Counted from the first letter of the stretch, positions 1-13,140 are shown. The stretch: 64,000 nt of DNA from Mobula hypostoma (GCF_963921235.1 NC_086097.1:133302001-133366000); one strand, 5' to 3'. Notes: generated by a model not told the origin, from the sequence alone. Numbers and translations: made by a program.

Positions 1-534
1 AGTGCAGCAGGTAGTCCCATAAACATTAAATCCGATGTTTTAGAGGGTATGACGCAACTCAGCGAACTCACCCTTTTCTACTTTCACTAGCAATACTAGA
101 CCTAGTATAACCACTTTAATTGGCTGATCTGGCCTTGGCTAAAGATGTGAGGACCAAGTTCAGAAGCAACTTACAGAAACCCATAGTAGATGTTTCTTTA
201 AGAGCTCACCCACTGGATATGGGTTACATGCCACTTCAAACTATTGCTTCACAGTTTTATGATTGATTCTCCCAGTGGGACCCATATGTACATAAAAATA
301 TAATGCTACTACTCCACTCTTGGGTGCAACTAAATGATCTGGCCAATGTTGTTTACGTTTATGCTGAACATTTTATTGGCAGTTTTTCTTAAACTTATGA
401 CTACCTTGATATGTCAATACAAGAATCATTTTTTTCTATCCCAATAATTACATATTTTCCCTCTCTTTATGAACAACTTTTTAAGAAAAAGAGCTCATGT
501 CCATGATTATATTACTGTCAAACCGTATGATAAC

Positions 535-1175
535 ATAACACTGTAGGAGTATTAGGCCACTCAACCCATTAAGTCTGCTCCGTCATTTTATCATGGCTGA
601 TCCATTTTCCCTCTCTACCCCTTTTTCCCAAAACCTTTCATGCCCTAACTAATCAAGAACCTATTAATCTCCACCTTAAGTACACCCAATGATTTGGCTT
701 CCACAACTGCCTATGGCAACAAATTCCACTGATTATTCACCCTCTGGGTAAAGATATTCCTTCTCAGCTCTAGTCTATTCTGAAGCTGTGTCACTATAGA
801 AGCATCCTCTCCACATCCACTCTATTTATACCTTTCAACATTTGACAGGTTTCAATGAGATCTCCCCCTCATTCTTCTGAATTCCAGCAAGTACAGGCCC
901 AGAACTATCAAATGCTCCTTGTATGATATCCCTTTCATTTGTGAACTTGTGGACTGCCTCTGAACCACCTCCAATGTCAGCACATCCTTTCTTAGATAGA
1001 GTCCAAAACTGCTCACAATACTCCAAGTATGGCCTCATCAGTACCTTATAAAGCCTTAGCATTACATTCTTGCTTTTATATTCTAGCCCTCTCGAAACAA
1101 ATGCTAATATTGGTTTTGACTTCCTCACCACTGACTGAATCTGCAAGTTAACCTTTAGGGAATCCTGCACGAGTT
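535..1175 (-). mobile_element. CR1-clade LINE 3' fragment (RT C-terminus and 3' UTR)
   Basis: ORF 835-1197 contains SRGLEYKSKNVMLRLYKVLMRPYLEYCEQFW, a typical CR1 ORF2 C-terminal motif; reverse-complement match to about 31563-32235. Confidence 0.85.
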
Positions 1176-1184
1176 TGAAAGATA

Positions 1185-1440
1185 CTGCGGGTGGCACTGT
1201 AGTGTAGTGGTTAGCACAACGCTTTGCAGTACAGGTAACCCAGGTTCAATTCCCACTGCTGCTTGTAAGGAGTTTGTACGTTCTAGCTGTGACCACATGG
1301 ATTTCCTCCCACTGTCCAAAGATCAATTGGTCACTGTAAATTGTCCCATCATTAGGCTAGGACTGAACTGGGGGATTGTTGTGCAGCGTGGCTTGAAGAG
1401 CCAGAAGGTCCTATTTTGTATTGTATCTCAATAAATAATA
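1185..1440 (+). mobile_element. tRNA-derived SINE (HE1/V-SINE-like)
   Basis: A box TAGTGTAGTGG, B box GGTTCAATTCC, ends in (AAT)n; related copies near 7560-8590 and 52340-52620. Confidence 0.75.
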
Positions 1441-2270
1441 TTGAAATCCCCTATGACTATTGAAACACTGCCCTTTTGACAGGCCTTTTCTACTTCCCGT
1501 TGTAATTTGTGGCCCACGTCCAGACTACTGTTTGGAGGCCTATATATAACTCCCACCTCAGTGTTTTTACTCATGCAGTTTCTCATCTCTAGCCACAAGG
1601 ATTCAACATCTTCCAGTCCTACATCACCTCTAAGGATTCAATTTCTTCTTTTTTTAAACCAACAAAGACAACACATTCCACCCTACTCGTCTCAATTCGA
1701 AACAACCCATTTCCTTGGATATTAAGCTCCCAACTATGATCTTCTTTCAGCCACAACTCAGTGATGCCCTCAACAACATACCTACCAATCTTTAACTGTG
1801 CTACAAGATCATCTACCTTATTCCATATACTGTGTGCATGCAATATAACACCTTCAGTCCTGCTTTCATCACCTTTTTGATTTTGCCCCCATGTTACACT
1901 GCAACACACCCCACCACTTGCAATTTTGCTCTTCCTGTCAGTCTCACAGCATCCTGTTGTATACTAACTGCCCCATCCTCAGCACCTAACCTTCTACCAA
2001 TTTAATTTAAATCCTTCCCAACAACTGCCTACAAGGATATTGGCTCTCTCGGATACAGATGTAACCTGTCCCTTTTATACAGGTCATATCTTCCACAGAA
2101 GAGATCTTAATGATCCAGAAACCTGAGGTCCTGCCCCCTGCACCAGTTCCTCAGCCATGCACTCATCTGCCAAATCATCTTATTCTCATCCTCACTGGTG
2201 TGTGGCACAGGCAGCAATCCATAGATTACTACCCTGGAGGTTCTGCTTTTCAGCTTTCTACCCAACTACC
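1441..2270 (-). mobile_element. CR1-clade LINE fragment (ORF1 end and APE endonuclease start)
   Basis: ORF 1619-1909 has A.SIWNKVDDL...GITE.WL (APE N-terminus); reverse-complement homology to about 29150-29980. Confidence 0.8.
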
Positions 2271-3912
2271 TCTATGTACTCTACACTGAGTTCTCTCAGT
2301 GGAGAACTGCTCTGTAAAACACAGTCCACTTACTCAACCTCTGAATATACTTAATCTTTAAGCAACGTAACCAATTGAAGTAGAGAATCAAACATGAGAA
2401 AAGTATATACTTTTAGCTTATAAGAGTATCAAAGTATCGGGTAGTAAAGTGAGCTTTAGATCAGACATTATTCTTCTGAATGGTGCAATGGGCTTAAGGG
2501 AAAGTTGAACTTACTCCTGCACCAAACACCTATGTTCACGAAGCATCTTGATGGTCTGTATACAAAGTCACCAACCTCCTCCCCTTCAGTAATGATTTAT
2601 TTTTGATGAATCGCTCCCCTTTTGTCCGCACCCTCTGGGTTTTCATGTTCTATAAAATGGTCATCACAGGTCTCATTCCTCCATTGCAATCTACTCTCTT
2701 TATCATAACTCACCCTCTACAGAAGCTTGAAAACCCATATGACCAGACTCAAGAACAGTTTCTTCCCCACTGCAATTAAACTTCTGAACCAATCATCTCT
2801 CTCTCACCCCCTTCCCAGTGGCACTGGCAGGTTCAGGCTCTTAATACACTTCCCTTCGTTATTCCATTATTGTTACTTTAGCATTGCTTTTTGCAGTACT
2901 TCAGACTGACTACAATATTTGCACCATTTATTGTATTTGCACATGGGCTTCACACGAGCAAGGAATTTCATTGCACCCTGGTGCATACAACAACAAATTA
3001 ATCTGAAACTGATGTGACAAACCATCTCCACAGTTCAAATTATGATCATGGGCTTGATTAGTTTCAGTGGAAGATGAGTTTCCACTGATGAGTTGGAACA
3101 AGCCAGCACTACCTTTTAAACAGAAGTTCCACATCTTTGTCCAGTTCTCTGCCAAATTCTCATTATTTAAAATATACTTATATCATTTATATATTTCACT
3201 TTCAACTGAAGAGCTCAATATCCCTTTCCATTTCTGCTTCCAATAACCACTCTGCCCTTATGTTTACTTCCTAAAGGTCTCTTGCTATCTCACACTGAAT
3301 GTGCTGTCTGTTTAAAAAGCTTGTGAAATATTAAAAAGCTTAGTATTCCAAGCCATACTGTTCCTTATAGTAATTTATTTTACAATTAGATTGTAAGTTA
3401 CTTTAGCATGTAGCTGTAGAACAATTCATTCCAGGGTAAAAGGACAAGCAGCAGTACAACAAAACACGCTAACTCACATTTAAATTTGATTAGTACATTT
3501 AGTTATGCGACGAAGCTGAAGCGAGAATTGTATTTCCTAAAACAGTGAAGTTAACGGGAAATTTAATTGAAGGGTTTGCATTTATGAGCAGAAACAGTTT
3601 CTATTGTGAGAAGGGCCAGTAAGCAGAGGAAATAAATTTAGTTAATTCATAAAGGAGTCAGAACTGATATGAGAAATACCTTCTGCAGTGGGTTATGATC
3701 TGAGTGTACTGAAGTAGTAATGGAGGCTGATCCAATTGCAACTTGCGCAAAAGTACCGTACACACTTAATAAAAGAAACTCTGGCAAGGCTACCAGGAAA
3801 GGATAGAAGAGGGCAGTGCTCTAGACTGGTAGTTTTGTCGAGCAGCCATTACAGACCTGCTGGATCAATGATCTTATATGCTGTGCTGTATGATTCTGTC
3901 ACAGTTCTGTAC

Positions 3913-4047
3913 CTGGTATGAGGCAGCTTCTTCCTGTGTTCCAGTCGTGTCCTGCGGAGCCTGACTCACAAGTATGACCTGTGGATGTGTTGATCCTGTT
4001 TGACCTGGCAAAGCTGAATCAGGAACCACTGTTGGAAATTGTTGCCC
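3913..4047 (-). CDS. ZNF236: ZNF236 exon e19
   Basis: GQQFPTVVPDSALPGQTGSTHPQVILVSQAPQDTTGTQEEAASYQ; AACAG acceptor, CAG|GTACAG donor; 135 nt, phase 0-0. Confidence 0.88.
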
Positions 4048-5075
4048 CTGTTTTCCAAGAGGAAAAGGTGACTATGATAGCAAACCTTATTGCACCAATT
4101 ACAATGAAACATAAATACTTTCTTTGACTTTTCACAATTATATTGCAGAAAGCATTTGTCAATTTGGCTTAGACGTTTTCGAACAGTTTAAAATGCAACT
4201 TTAATCTTTTATTGTTAGTAAGTTCTCAGTGGCCAGATGATGTGGTATAAAACAGCAAAATTAAAGAATCATAAATAAAATACTTTAAAAATAGTTTACT
4301 AGTATTCTATAATACTCATAACAAATATTACACAAAAAATCTCTCCAGGTCAACTACCCTGTTACTCATTCTCTTAATAATTTTGTAAGTCACTACATTG
4401 CCTACAATGTTTTAAAATTTATATATTTTTTTCTTGTCGTGTGTTTAGGTGTGTTTATGCTCTTCAGCTTTTTTTTAAAAAAACACTGCCTCACAAGGTC
4501 AGTATTGGTGACACATTCAGTCCACCTTAAGCCACAACTCAATTTTGAAATTCTCAGTCTTGTGCCACTACCTTAATCCTCCCAATCTCTGTAACTTCCT
4601 CCAGATCAAAGATCTTAGCTATTCCTGATATTTCAGCTGCCCTAGCCTCTATATGCTCTTATGACATAGTTGGCCCATGCAGTCTATAACTGGCTTGCCT
4701 ACCATCAATTCCATTCCTCATCTGCATTGTTCTTTTATCTGTTTTGCTCTTGGCACTTTGGCTTCAGGGTACATACTGGAAATGTCAAAGAAATATGCCA
4801 AATGCTTGAAAAGATAGGCAGGTCAGGTCACAAAAACCATAAGATACAGGTGCAAATTAGGCAATTTGGCCCATTGAGTCTGCTCAGCCAAGGGTGCTGC
4901 TACAAGCTGATATTCCTAAGATAGGATTCATAGAAGTAGTATACAGTTCTCAGCCTAAAGATGTCATAAACGTCAATGCATCCAACGGCAGACTCCAAAT
5001 GTTAATAGAAAACATTAATGACTGTATCTATGCAAATATTTAATTTATATTTATCTCCTTTTGTTTCAGCCTTAC

Positions 5076-5272
5076 CTGAGCAGCTATGTTGAGCGTGACT
5101 GTGTCTAAACCACCAGACAACATGCTCTGGGTGTCGGTTAGCGTAAGAGTAACATTGCCTTCCCTGCCCATGTTAGCAGGAGACATAACAAGGTTCTGAG
5201 TAGGGACAGTGGCTTGAGGGAGGGATGTGGTGAGTGAAGAGGGGGTCAAACTACTTGCAGTTGAATTCAGTC
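5076..5272 (-). CDS. ZNF236: ZNF236 exon e18 (alternative in-frame acceptor would extend it to 5314)
   Basis: [76 protein letters not shown] acceptor, CAG|GTAAGG donor; 197 nt, phase 1-0. Confidence 0.88.
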
Positions 5273-5859
5273 CTGTGAAAGATGCAAAACCAAGCCTTGA
5301 ATCAGTTTCAGTATCTGTCAAGCAAAACAAAGTGATATAGCTTCATTCATTTATTTGAGCAAATTTAAGAAGCATAAAGTCAGGCAAAAATTATCCAACA
5401 AATTAATGCTGCTCACAGTTAGTTCCAACCAGACTCCTTAGAGGATCCACATTTAAAAATCAACACACAAAGTGGATGTGGTTTTTGAGAAGTAGTCTTA
5501 ATAATTGGCCTTTCCTATTAACTTGTAAATGTAATTTTTGGATCCAAGTATTAAATTGTTCTTGGTTTGGCACAGTTGTGCAATCAGCAGATAAATGTGC
5601 AGCATTACTCATCACTCTTCAAATTACAATATTCCTATTTGGCAGCCATAAATTATGTTTGCTGCAATTAAATCTCTCATGTTTACAAGGTAAAATGCAG
5701 AGTTTTAAAGGACTGAAATTCTATTCCAGATACAAGTCAAGTGTGCAATGCAGTATATATCTATGAAATGTTAAAATCAGCTATGCAGATATGATGACAC
5801 ATATAGTCACAAACTGCTTACAAATCCCTAGCCTACTCACTGTGCTATTATTATCTCAC

Positions 5860-6030
5860 CTGGCAGGCTGGCACTACTTGCATTAAGAGTGGCTCCCTGA
5901 CTGAGAAGCTGGTCATTGCCGATGGTCAATGTAGCAGCATTAGGTTGGCTGTTTATTGATGTTCCTAATCGAATACCTCCATTTATTTCACCATTGCCAA
6001 CATTGCTATGTTGCTGGATGATGTCTTGAC
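5860..6030 (-). CDS. ZNF236: ZNF236 exon e17 (candidate cassette exon)
   Basis: GQDIIQQHSNVGNGEINGGIRLGTSINSQPNAATLTIGNDQLLSQGATLNASSASLP; CCCTTGTACTCCTCAG acceptor, CAG|GTGAGA donor; 171 nt, open, phase 1-1, composition like neighbouring exons. Confidence 0.75.
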
Positions 6031-7559
6031 CTGAGGAGTACAAGGGAAGAAGATGATTTGAAATTGTGAAAACTTTATGATTCCTTCAACCTACATACGC
6101 AACAGTTATCTCCTCTATTCACTTGAAGCACTGTCAGTGAAAAGAAAACAGCCCTAAACTTTGTAAAGATTTTAAAAGCCTCTCATCAAATATACTCATT
6201 TCATTTTAGGCTGTTAAAACATTTCTGCAAGCACAGATGAATCATAAATTGATTGCAATTAATACTTTTGTTACAACATACTGAAAACACTTGTTTCAAG
6301 TCATGACATTTAGTTTTTATGTCATAAATATGGAATAATTTTGACATCCTTCCTTCAATGACTTATGTAAATATAACTTTTAAAATTTATTCCACCTGTC
6401 AAAGTATTACCAAGCATATTTGGGAGCTTCACAGAAATTCATATAATTATTCACTTGTACTCTTTGCTCCAAAATTATAGATTAGTGCTTTCAGCATTAA
6501 TATCATAAAAGTATATTGATCTACATCACCAGTAGGCCCTGCAATCTACATTTAAACTTCACAAGTCTACTGCCACATCTTTTCATGAAACTTAACATCT
6601 TCTACACTTACCTATGTGACACATAACATAGTTTCACAGACAGTTCCAAAATATCAATTGCAGATTCCAAAATTTATTCAGGTTTACATATTCATTAATT
6701 TAGTTTAATAGCTCCTTCTCTTTTAGGTGAAAAGGAATGATTTGTGGTCGTTGCCAGATACAGATTACGAAATAAGATGGAAGATCTTAATATTGTGCCT
6801 TTATACTTGTGAATTAAAGTAAAAATGGCACTTCCATTGAATATTTCTCTCAGAGATGGAAGGTTGTTCAATTTGCACTATTTTTCTTTAGATGTAAATA
6901 AAGTACTACACCTTGATAAGTGCACATTTAAATCAAATACTCCTCATTAGCAATAATAATTATAAACTATATACAAAACTCAATACAACTTATTAGTTTC
7001 CAGAAGTTCTGCTCTATACAGTTCTCTTTCTCAGGTTAACACAAAACAAAAAGATGAATCTATACTCAGTTAAAAAATTAAAAAGGTTATCTTATTTTTA
7101 TTAAATAGACATGTAATTAATAATAAAACAAAAGGCTACCTTCCAAACGATAATTATTTCTATACAACTCCTGTTTTACTGAGACACTAACTGATGTATG
7201 CAATTTGCCACTAACTCCACAAGATTGGTGCTGCTGGTAGAGTTTGCAGCATCGTGGCTCCAACAACCCAGATTCAACCCTGATCTCTGGTTCTGTGTGG
7301 TATTTGAACATTCTCCCCATGGCTGTGCGGTTTCCTTCGGATGCACTGATTTCATCCCACACCCCAAAGCTGTCTAGGTTGGTAGGTCAACTGACTGCTG
7401 CAAATTGTCCCTAGTGTGGAGTTGAGTGGTTGAATTGATGGGTAATATGAAGGAAATAAATGGGTTATGGTAGGGATGGGTTCTTGATGGCTTGGCATTG
7501 AATCAACGGGGTGAAGGGCATGTATCTGATGTGTGACTCTAACACAGGGAGAGCGACAT

Positions 7560-8590
7560 TGTCCTGTAGCAGCTAGCGCAGTGCGAACAGTAATACCAGG
7601 GTTCCATTCCCGCTGCTGTCCCTATGGAATTTGTACATTCTCCCTGTAACCCTGGAGCTGGTGGTAGATCTGAGGAGAGCCAAGGTACCGGTGACCCCTG
7701 TTTCCATCCAGGGAGTCAGTGTGGACATGGTGGAGGATTACAAATACCTGGGGATACAAATTGACAATAAACTGAACTGGTCAAAGAACACTGAGGCTGT
7801 CTACAAGAAGGGTCAGAGCCATCTCTATTTCCTGAGGAGACTGAGGTCCTATAACATCTGCCAGACGATGCTGAGGATGTTCTACAAGTCTGTGGTGGCC
7901 AGTGCTATCATGTTTGCTGTTGTGTGCTGGGGCAGCAGGCTGAGGGTGGCAGACACCAACAGAATCAACAAACTCATTCGTAAGGCCAGTGATGTTGTGG
8001 GGATGGAACTGGACTCTCTCACGGTGGTGTCTGAAAAGAGGATGCTGTCTAAGTTGCATGCCATCTTGGTCAATGTCTCCCATCCACCACATAATGTACT
8101 GGGTGGGCACATGAGTACATTCAGCCAGAGACTCATTGCACCGAGATGCAGCACAGAGCATCATAGGAAGTCATTCCTGCCTGTGGCCATCAAACCTTAC
8201 AACTCCTCCCTTGGAGGGTCAGACACCCTGAGCCAATAGGCTGGTCCTGGACTTATCTCATAATTTCCTGGCATAATTTACATATTACTATTTAACTATT
8301 TATGGTTCTATTACTATTCATTATTTATGGAGCACATGTAACGAAAACCAATTTCCCCCGGGATTAATAAAGTATGACTATGACTACGACTATGACCCTG
8401 TGGATTCCTCCAGGTGCTGCAGTTTCCTCCCACATTCCAAAGATGTACAGCTAAGTTTAGCGTGCTATGGGCAAATTATATTGCAGCAGAACCATGGTGA
8501 TACTTGTGGGCTTCCCAGCACAATCCTGCCTGATTTGATTAGATCCAAATGATGCATCTTACTGTGTTTTGATGTACATGTGGCACATAA
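7560..8590 (+). mobile_element. tRNA-derived SINE split by a LINE insertion
   Basis: SINE head (GGGTTCCATTCCCGCTGCTG...TTGTACATTCTCCCTG) resumes after 8400 (TGGATTCCTCCAGGTGCTGCAGTTTCCTCCCAC). Confidence 0.7.
7655..8394 (+). mobile_element. Rex1/Babar-like LINE, 5'-truncated, young
   Basis: Open ORF with ELVVDLRR...YKYLG...LYFLRRLRS...VVCWG; tail AATAAAG(TATGAC)n; 6-bp TSD ACCCTG at 7649-7654 and 8395-8400. Confidence 0.85.
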
Positions 8591-9093
8591 AGCTAATCTT
8601 TATCTTTCTTTATAATTTCTGCCTCTTTGTTTTATGAATTACAGGTACTTAAATATTAACTTGCATTGACCACTGACAGGTGATTCACATAAAAACGAAA
8701 ATACTGAAAACCATTTAGCACACTTCAGATTACCTCTATCAAGCCCTGGAAGTACATCCTTCCTCAACATTTCTCATTTGGTCTCCCCTTAAATATACCA
8801 AATTTATTTGGTTCAATATCTTCCTGAGTACTGAGTTGCACATTTGGGAAAAGGACTCTTAAATTTATTGGCAACTATCTCACACACTGCTGGAGTAGTA
8901 TATGCTCCTGGGAATGGGCGATAGGGCAGGGAGGGAGAAGTTTAGTGAGGGAAAGAGGGCAGACAAGCACGAGAGAGTGAGATGTTGTACACAATAACTG
9001 ACGATTAATGTAGATCCCGTACATTGTGCACCACTAATGAAAACCCCATCCATTTATATTTCTGAAAAATCTTCCTACATAGCTGATACAAAC

Positions 9094-9273
9094 CTGATAT
9101 TGTGAGTGTTATCTCCTGTGGTGCTCCTGTTGGATTGGGACATGTGACATTGGTAGTCTGTGCTAGGACCTGGCTGAGATTGGAGTTATTAATTGTCAGT
9201 GCCATTTCGTGTTTACCAGTGGAATTTGGAGCAAGGCTAGGGGATGTCAGAGACTGTGAGACATCCTGTGATC
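9094..9273 (-). CDS. ZNF236: ZNF236 exon e16
   Basis: GSQDVSQSLTSPSLAPNSTGKHEMALTINNSNLSQVLAQTTNVTCPNPTGAPQEITLTIS; CTCTTAG acceptor, CAG|GTTTGT donor; 180 nt, phase 1-1. Confidence 0.9.
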
Positions 9274-9494
9274 CTAAGAGATGAACGGAGAAAAAAAGAA
9301 AAAAAAATCTCAGTGTGCAGTTTTAGACAATGACTAGGACAAAACATTCTCAAAAATTAAACTTACATTAAATTTTAGAATACAATAAGAAGACAAGATG
9401 TATCTAAAAGATGGATTTCCTGATTCAAATTGAACAGGTTACATATTCAGATAATATTTATGATTTGTCTAACCTTACTACGTTGCAATAGGAA

Positions 9495-9700
9495 TCTTAT
9501 CTTTGTTCCTTTTCGCACCTTGTGGCATATCGGGTGTCATTTTTTCTGTTTCTGTAGCATTTGACTGTATTTTATGAGGCCGAATTGTTAGCTTGACGCT
9601 TAACCCAGCACAGGTGGAAAGCGTGCAAGCAGCCGGGTGGATTCGAACTCGGGACCATTCACCTCAAAGTCCAGTGCTGATGCCACTACGCCACTGGCCA
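9495..9700 (-). mobile_element. tRNA-derived SINE
   Basis: Minus strand begins GGCCAGTGGCGTAGTGG (A box) ... GAGTTCGAATCC (B box), then about 120 nt of non-tRNA body. Confidence 0.7.
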
Positions 9701-10399
9701 GCAAAACAGGAAACTTGATCTTAAGCAAGTTCCCTCTAGTTCTGAATCCTAACACAAGGGCAACTATTCTTAACACTAACATCACAGACATAATATATTT
9801 AATGACCTCAATATATACAAAACAGTTCAAACACAAAGAGTTAACTTAATTAACTTGCGATGCTAACAACCACTGCAGATAATTAGCAAAAGGGTCACTC
9901 AACAAGACAAATAGTTTTACAGTTATTAAGCAGCTCACATTAAGGCGGCTAGGACACTGATAAAGCTGGGAAACTTGTATTCCCACTCTCCGAGCAAGCT
10001 TAAAAGACTTCAGTTTAACATCCTGCCCAATATTAATGAAGTACCACCCACAGTGCAGCACCGAATGATGGACGTGCTTAACCATCTGGTGGAATAAAAA
10101 AAAACAACAGCAGGACTGATAATAAATATCTGCTTGGCCAGAAAGAGACTCTGCTTACTTGGAATTTACACTGGAATCTTAGAAACACAGGTGGACAATG
10201 TTGGGGTGGGGTGGCTATGGTGGCATGTTGTCAGGAGGTAAGAATGTGCAGAAGGTCAGGTTCTCAATCTATATTTCAAAACATACATATACACACACAC
10301 ACACCAAAGAATAAACAGCACAATACTTTTACCTTCATGATCATTACATTTAGTTGTGTTAACTTATTTTATTTTAAACTATAGTACTATTGCCGCTCT

Positions 10400-10640
10400 T
10401 GTGGCCTCCTGGGATAATAAACCCTTTCATTATTTGAGGGACTTCCCCACCAGAATTTGCCTCCCAATATGGTAGTGGAAGAAGCCAAGACTGTGATACC
10501 TGTCCACAGGACCTTTGTGTTAGCTGTAACATGTGTGTCCTCCAGCACATTCTCCTGCAGAATGGAATGTGCCATTTGGCAGCATTCCCTTACAGATATG
10601 TCACTTTGCTGGAAAACCAATGAGCTTTGGGTTTTCTAGT
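10400..10640 (-). mobile_element. Tx1/L1-like LINE ORF2 C-terminal relic
   Basis: Translation LVFQQSDISVRECCQMAHSILQENVLED resembles, from recall, Tx1-like ORF2 C-termini of chondrichthyans. Confidence 0.45.
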
Positions 10641-11884
10641 CAGTGAACCATTGTGGAAAATCAGTCTTGGTACCTCAAGCTGATCTGGAGAGCACTGCTC
10701 TTAAAGAAAAGTAATTAAACCTTTTCTCCATTCATATTTAGGTGAGTATAATCAATCAGGGCTAATGCACAATATCTGACTTTTACAGCTTCAGCCTAAG
10801 TCAGATCACCCAGCTATTTTATGAATATAAGACCAAATGTTGCAAAGCTATTGGAGTTCTGGTCAGCAATACAAGCAGAACTGCTGTACAATGTCGCTTA
10901 TCTCATATTTAAGGTTTACTTTATTCTCCCAGGATAAATCTCTATTCTCCTGAAGGACAAAACACTACCTACTGCAGGAGGAAAATCATCACGTAAGACA
11001 ATGTGTATACACACAATTTCAGAGGTCATTAAACCTCAAGCCTCTTCTGCTGTTCTGTTAGACCATGTCGATCTGGAGCTCTCCACGCATCACAAACTTA
11101 AGTTCAGCATAAGTGCTTTGAATGCATACTAAGCAGACAAAGAGAAGTGATGAGAGAGCCTCAGTTGGAGTTATCTGATCTTATTGATAATTACACCTTT
11201 CCTATTATACATGAGAGCACCAACATCTCATTTTATATCATATACTTCAATTATCTGCCACATACATCTTGTTCACACCCACTGATCTTGGCATTAACCT
11301 AAAAGTAGGGACTCATTTCCTGGATGCTTGGGTAGCTAGTCATAAAGGGGGCATCTCCCTCTCTAGAACATGTCCTGTGGTCTTCCTTCTAAGTCGTGGA
11401 TGCACAGCCAAGTAACATGTCAAACACATGTATACAAACACTTCGATTCAATTAAATATGAAACTGTATCTTCGTAGTCCAAAGTACACATCTCATAGTA
11501 TGCAATTAAAAATACACCAATATACCATGTTAATACAACGTCTCTTAAAAGAATGCTGACTTTTAAGTACAGAATAGGAGAAGCTGGATGCAGATCTGCT
11601 TAAGAGTTTACTAGGTGACTGACTAGGACTAATCAAGATGAAAATTGGCAATGGTGATAAAACTACATAAAAACCATGCAAATGTGGCTTTTTCCTGCCC
11701 CAACTTTTAATGCACTTGTTAATAAGCCTGCTTTACCTTATTGAACAAAACATTGATCTTGCTCTGCTAGTCAGTAAGATTATCTTCTTTTGGCTTCATC
11801 TTCACCTTCCTATTTGCTCTCCTCCTTTTTTCTCTAGACTTATCGTCCTTCCTTACATTTTACAACCCACATATTTTTTCCTAG

Positions 11885-12090
11885 GAAAACATACAAAATG
11901 TTGGAGGAATTCAGCGGGTCAAGCAGTGTTAATGGAAAAGAGTGAACAGTCAGTGTTTCGGCTTCTTCTGAAGGGGCTTGGCCTGAAATGTCAAATGTGT
12001 ACTCTTTTCCACAGATGCTGCCTGACCTGCTAAGCTCCTCCAGCATTTTGTGTGCTGCTTTGGATTTCCAGCATCTTCAGATTTTCTTGC
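11885..12090. mobile_element. Degenerate palindromic PLE terminal-repeat element
   Basis: Inverted arms (TGTTGGAGGAATTCAGCGGGTCAAGCAG ... CTGCCTGACCTGCTAAGCTCCTCCAGCA) around a decayed CTGA.G...GAAATGTC core; same layout as 16973-17185. Confidence 0.7.
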
Positions 12091-12149
12091 ATTTTTTTCC
12101 CTAGGTTCTTTTGTTTAAATTCTCGCTCTCATTCACTTATTGATCAGAT

Positions 12150-13140
12150 AATAGCCTTTGGCAAGGCTTTTGATAAGGTCTACCATGGGAGCCTAGTCAA
12201 TCGCTTAGCATTCAGGAACGTGGTAGTCAACTTGAATTTGACATTGGCTTTGCACAGGAGCTAGAGAGTGACAGTAGATGGCTGTCTTTCTGCCACAGGG
12301 ATTGGCTGCCAGGTCTGTTGCTGTATGTCCTCTATATCAATGATCTAGATGATATGGCCAACTGGATCAGCAAATTTGCAGATGATACCAAGATTGGGAG
12401 AGCAATGAACAGCAAGGAAGGCTATCAAAGCTTGCAGCTGAACAAATTGGCTGAAAAACTGCACATTGAGCTTAAGGCAGACAAGTGTGAGGTGTAACAC
12501 TTTGGGTGGACAAACCAGAGTAGGACTTACACAGTGAGTGGTAGGGCACTGAGGAGTGTGGTAGAGATCGAGAGTACACATCCATAATTCCTTGAAAGTG
12601 ACATCACAGGTAACATCTTAAAGAGAGCTTCTGGTACATTGGCCTTTATAAATCAGAGTATTGAGTACAAAGAGTTGGAATGTTTATGTTGAAATTGTTT
12701 CAGACAATGGTGAGACCAAATAGGTGTAGTCCACCTACCTACAGGAAATATGATTGGAAAAAGTACAGAGAAGATTTATAAGGATGCTGTCAGGAATTGA
12801 TGACCTGAGCCCTACGGAAAGGTTGAATAGGTTCGCATTTTATTTCCTGGAGTGAAGGAGAATTGAGGGGATATTTAACAGAGATATTCTGCTGCTAGGT
12901 GCGGGGCAATCTTCTTCACACAGAGGTTGGTGCACATATAGAACAAACTGCCAGAGAAAGTGGTGGATGTGGGTTCAATTTCAACGTTTAAGGTAAGTTT
13001 GGATAAGGATATGGACAGGTTGGGTATGGAGGACTATGGTCCAGATGCAGGGCAATGGGACTAGGCAGAATAACAGTTAACTGCAAACTAGCTGGGCCAA
13101 AGGGCCTATTTCTATGTTGTAATGCTCTATGGTTCTATTA
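12150..13140 (+). mobile_element. CR1-clade LINE 3' fragment, decayed
   Basis: KAFDKV and YIND...SKFADDTK motifs visible with stops and frameshifts; CR1-type 3' UTR. Confidence 0.8.

Noticed and set aside
2928..3155. ORF as the next ZNF236 exon after e19
   Set aside because: The phase-0 frame after the AAAAG candidate acceptor hits a stop and shows no C2H2 motif; the next exon is probably outside the window.
5835..5859. Alternative donor CACA|GTGAGT for e17
   Set aside because: It would add 19 nt and shift the frame; the CAG|GTGAGA donor at 5860 keeps phase. No evidence of use.
9620..9700. Possible tRNA gene (also the heads at 1185, 14067, 26995, 52340)
   Set aside because: A/B boxes are present but run into SINE bodies, most with tails or related copies in the window; no convincing cloverleaf.
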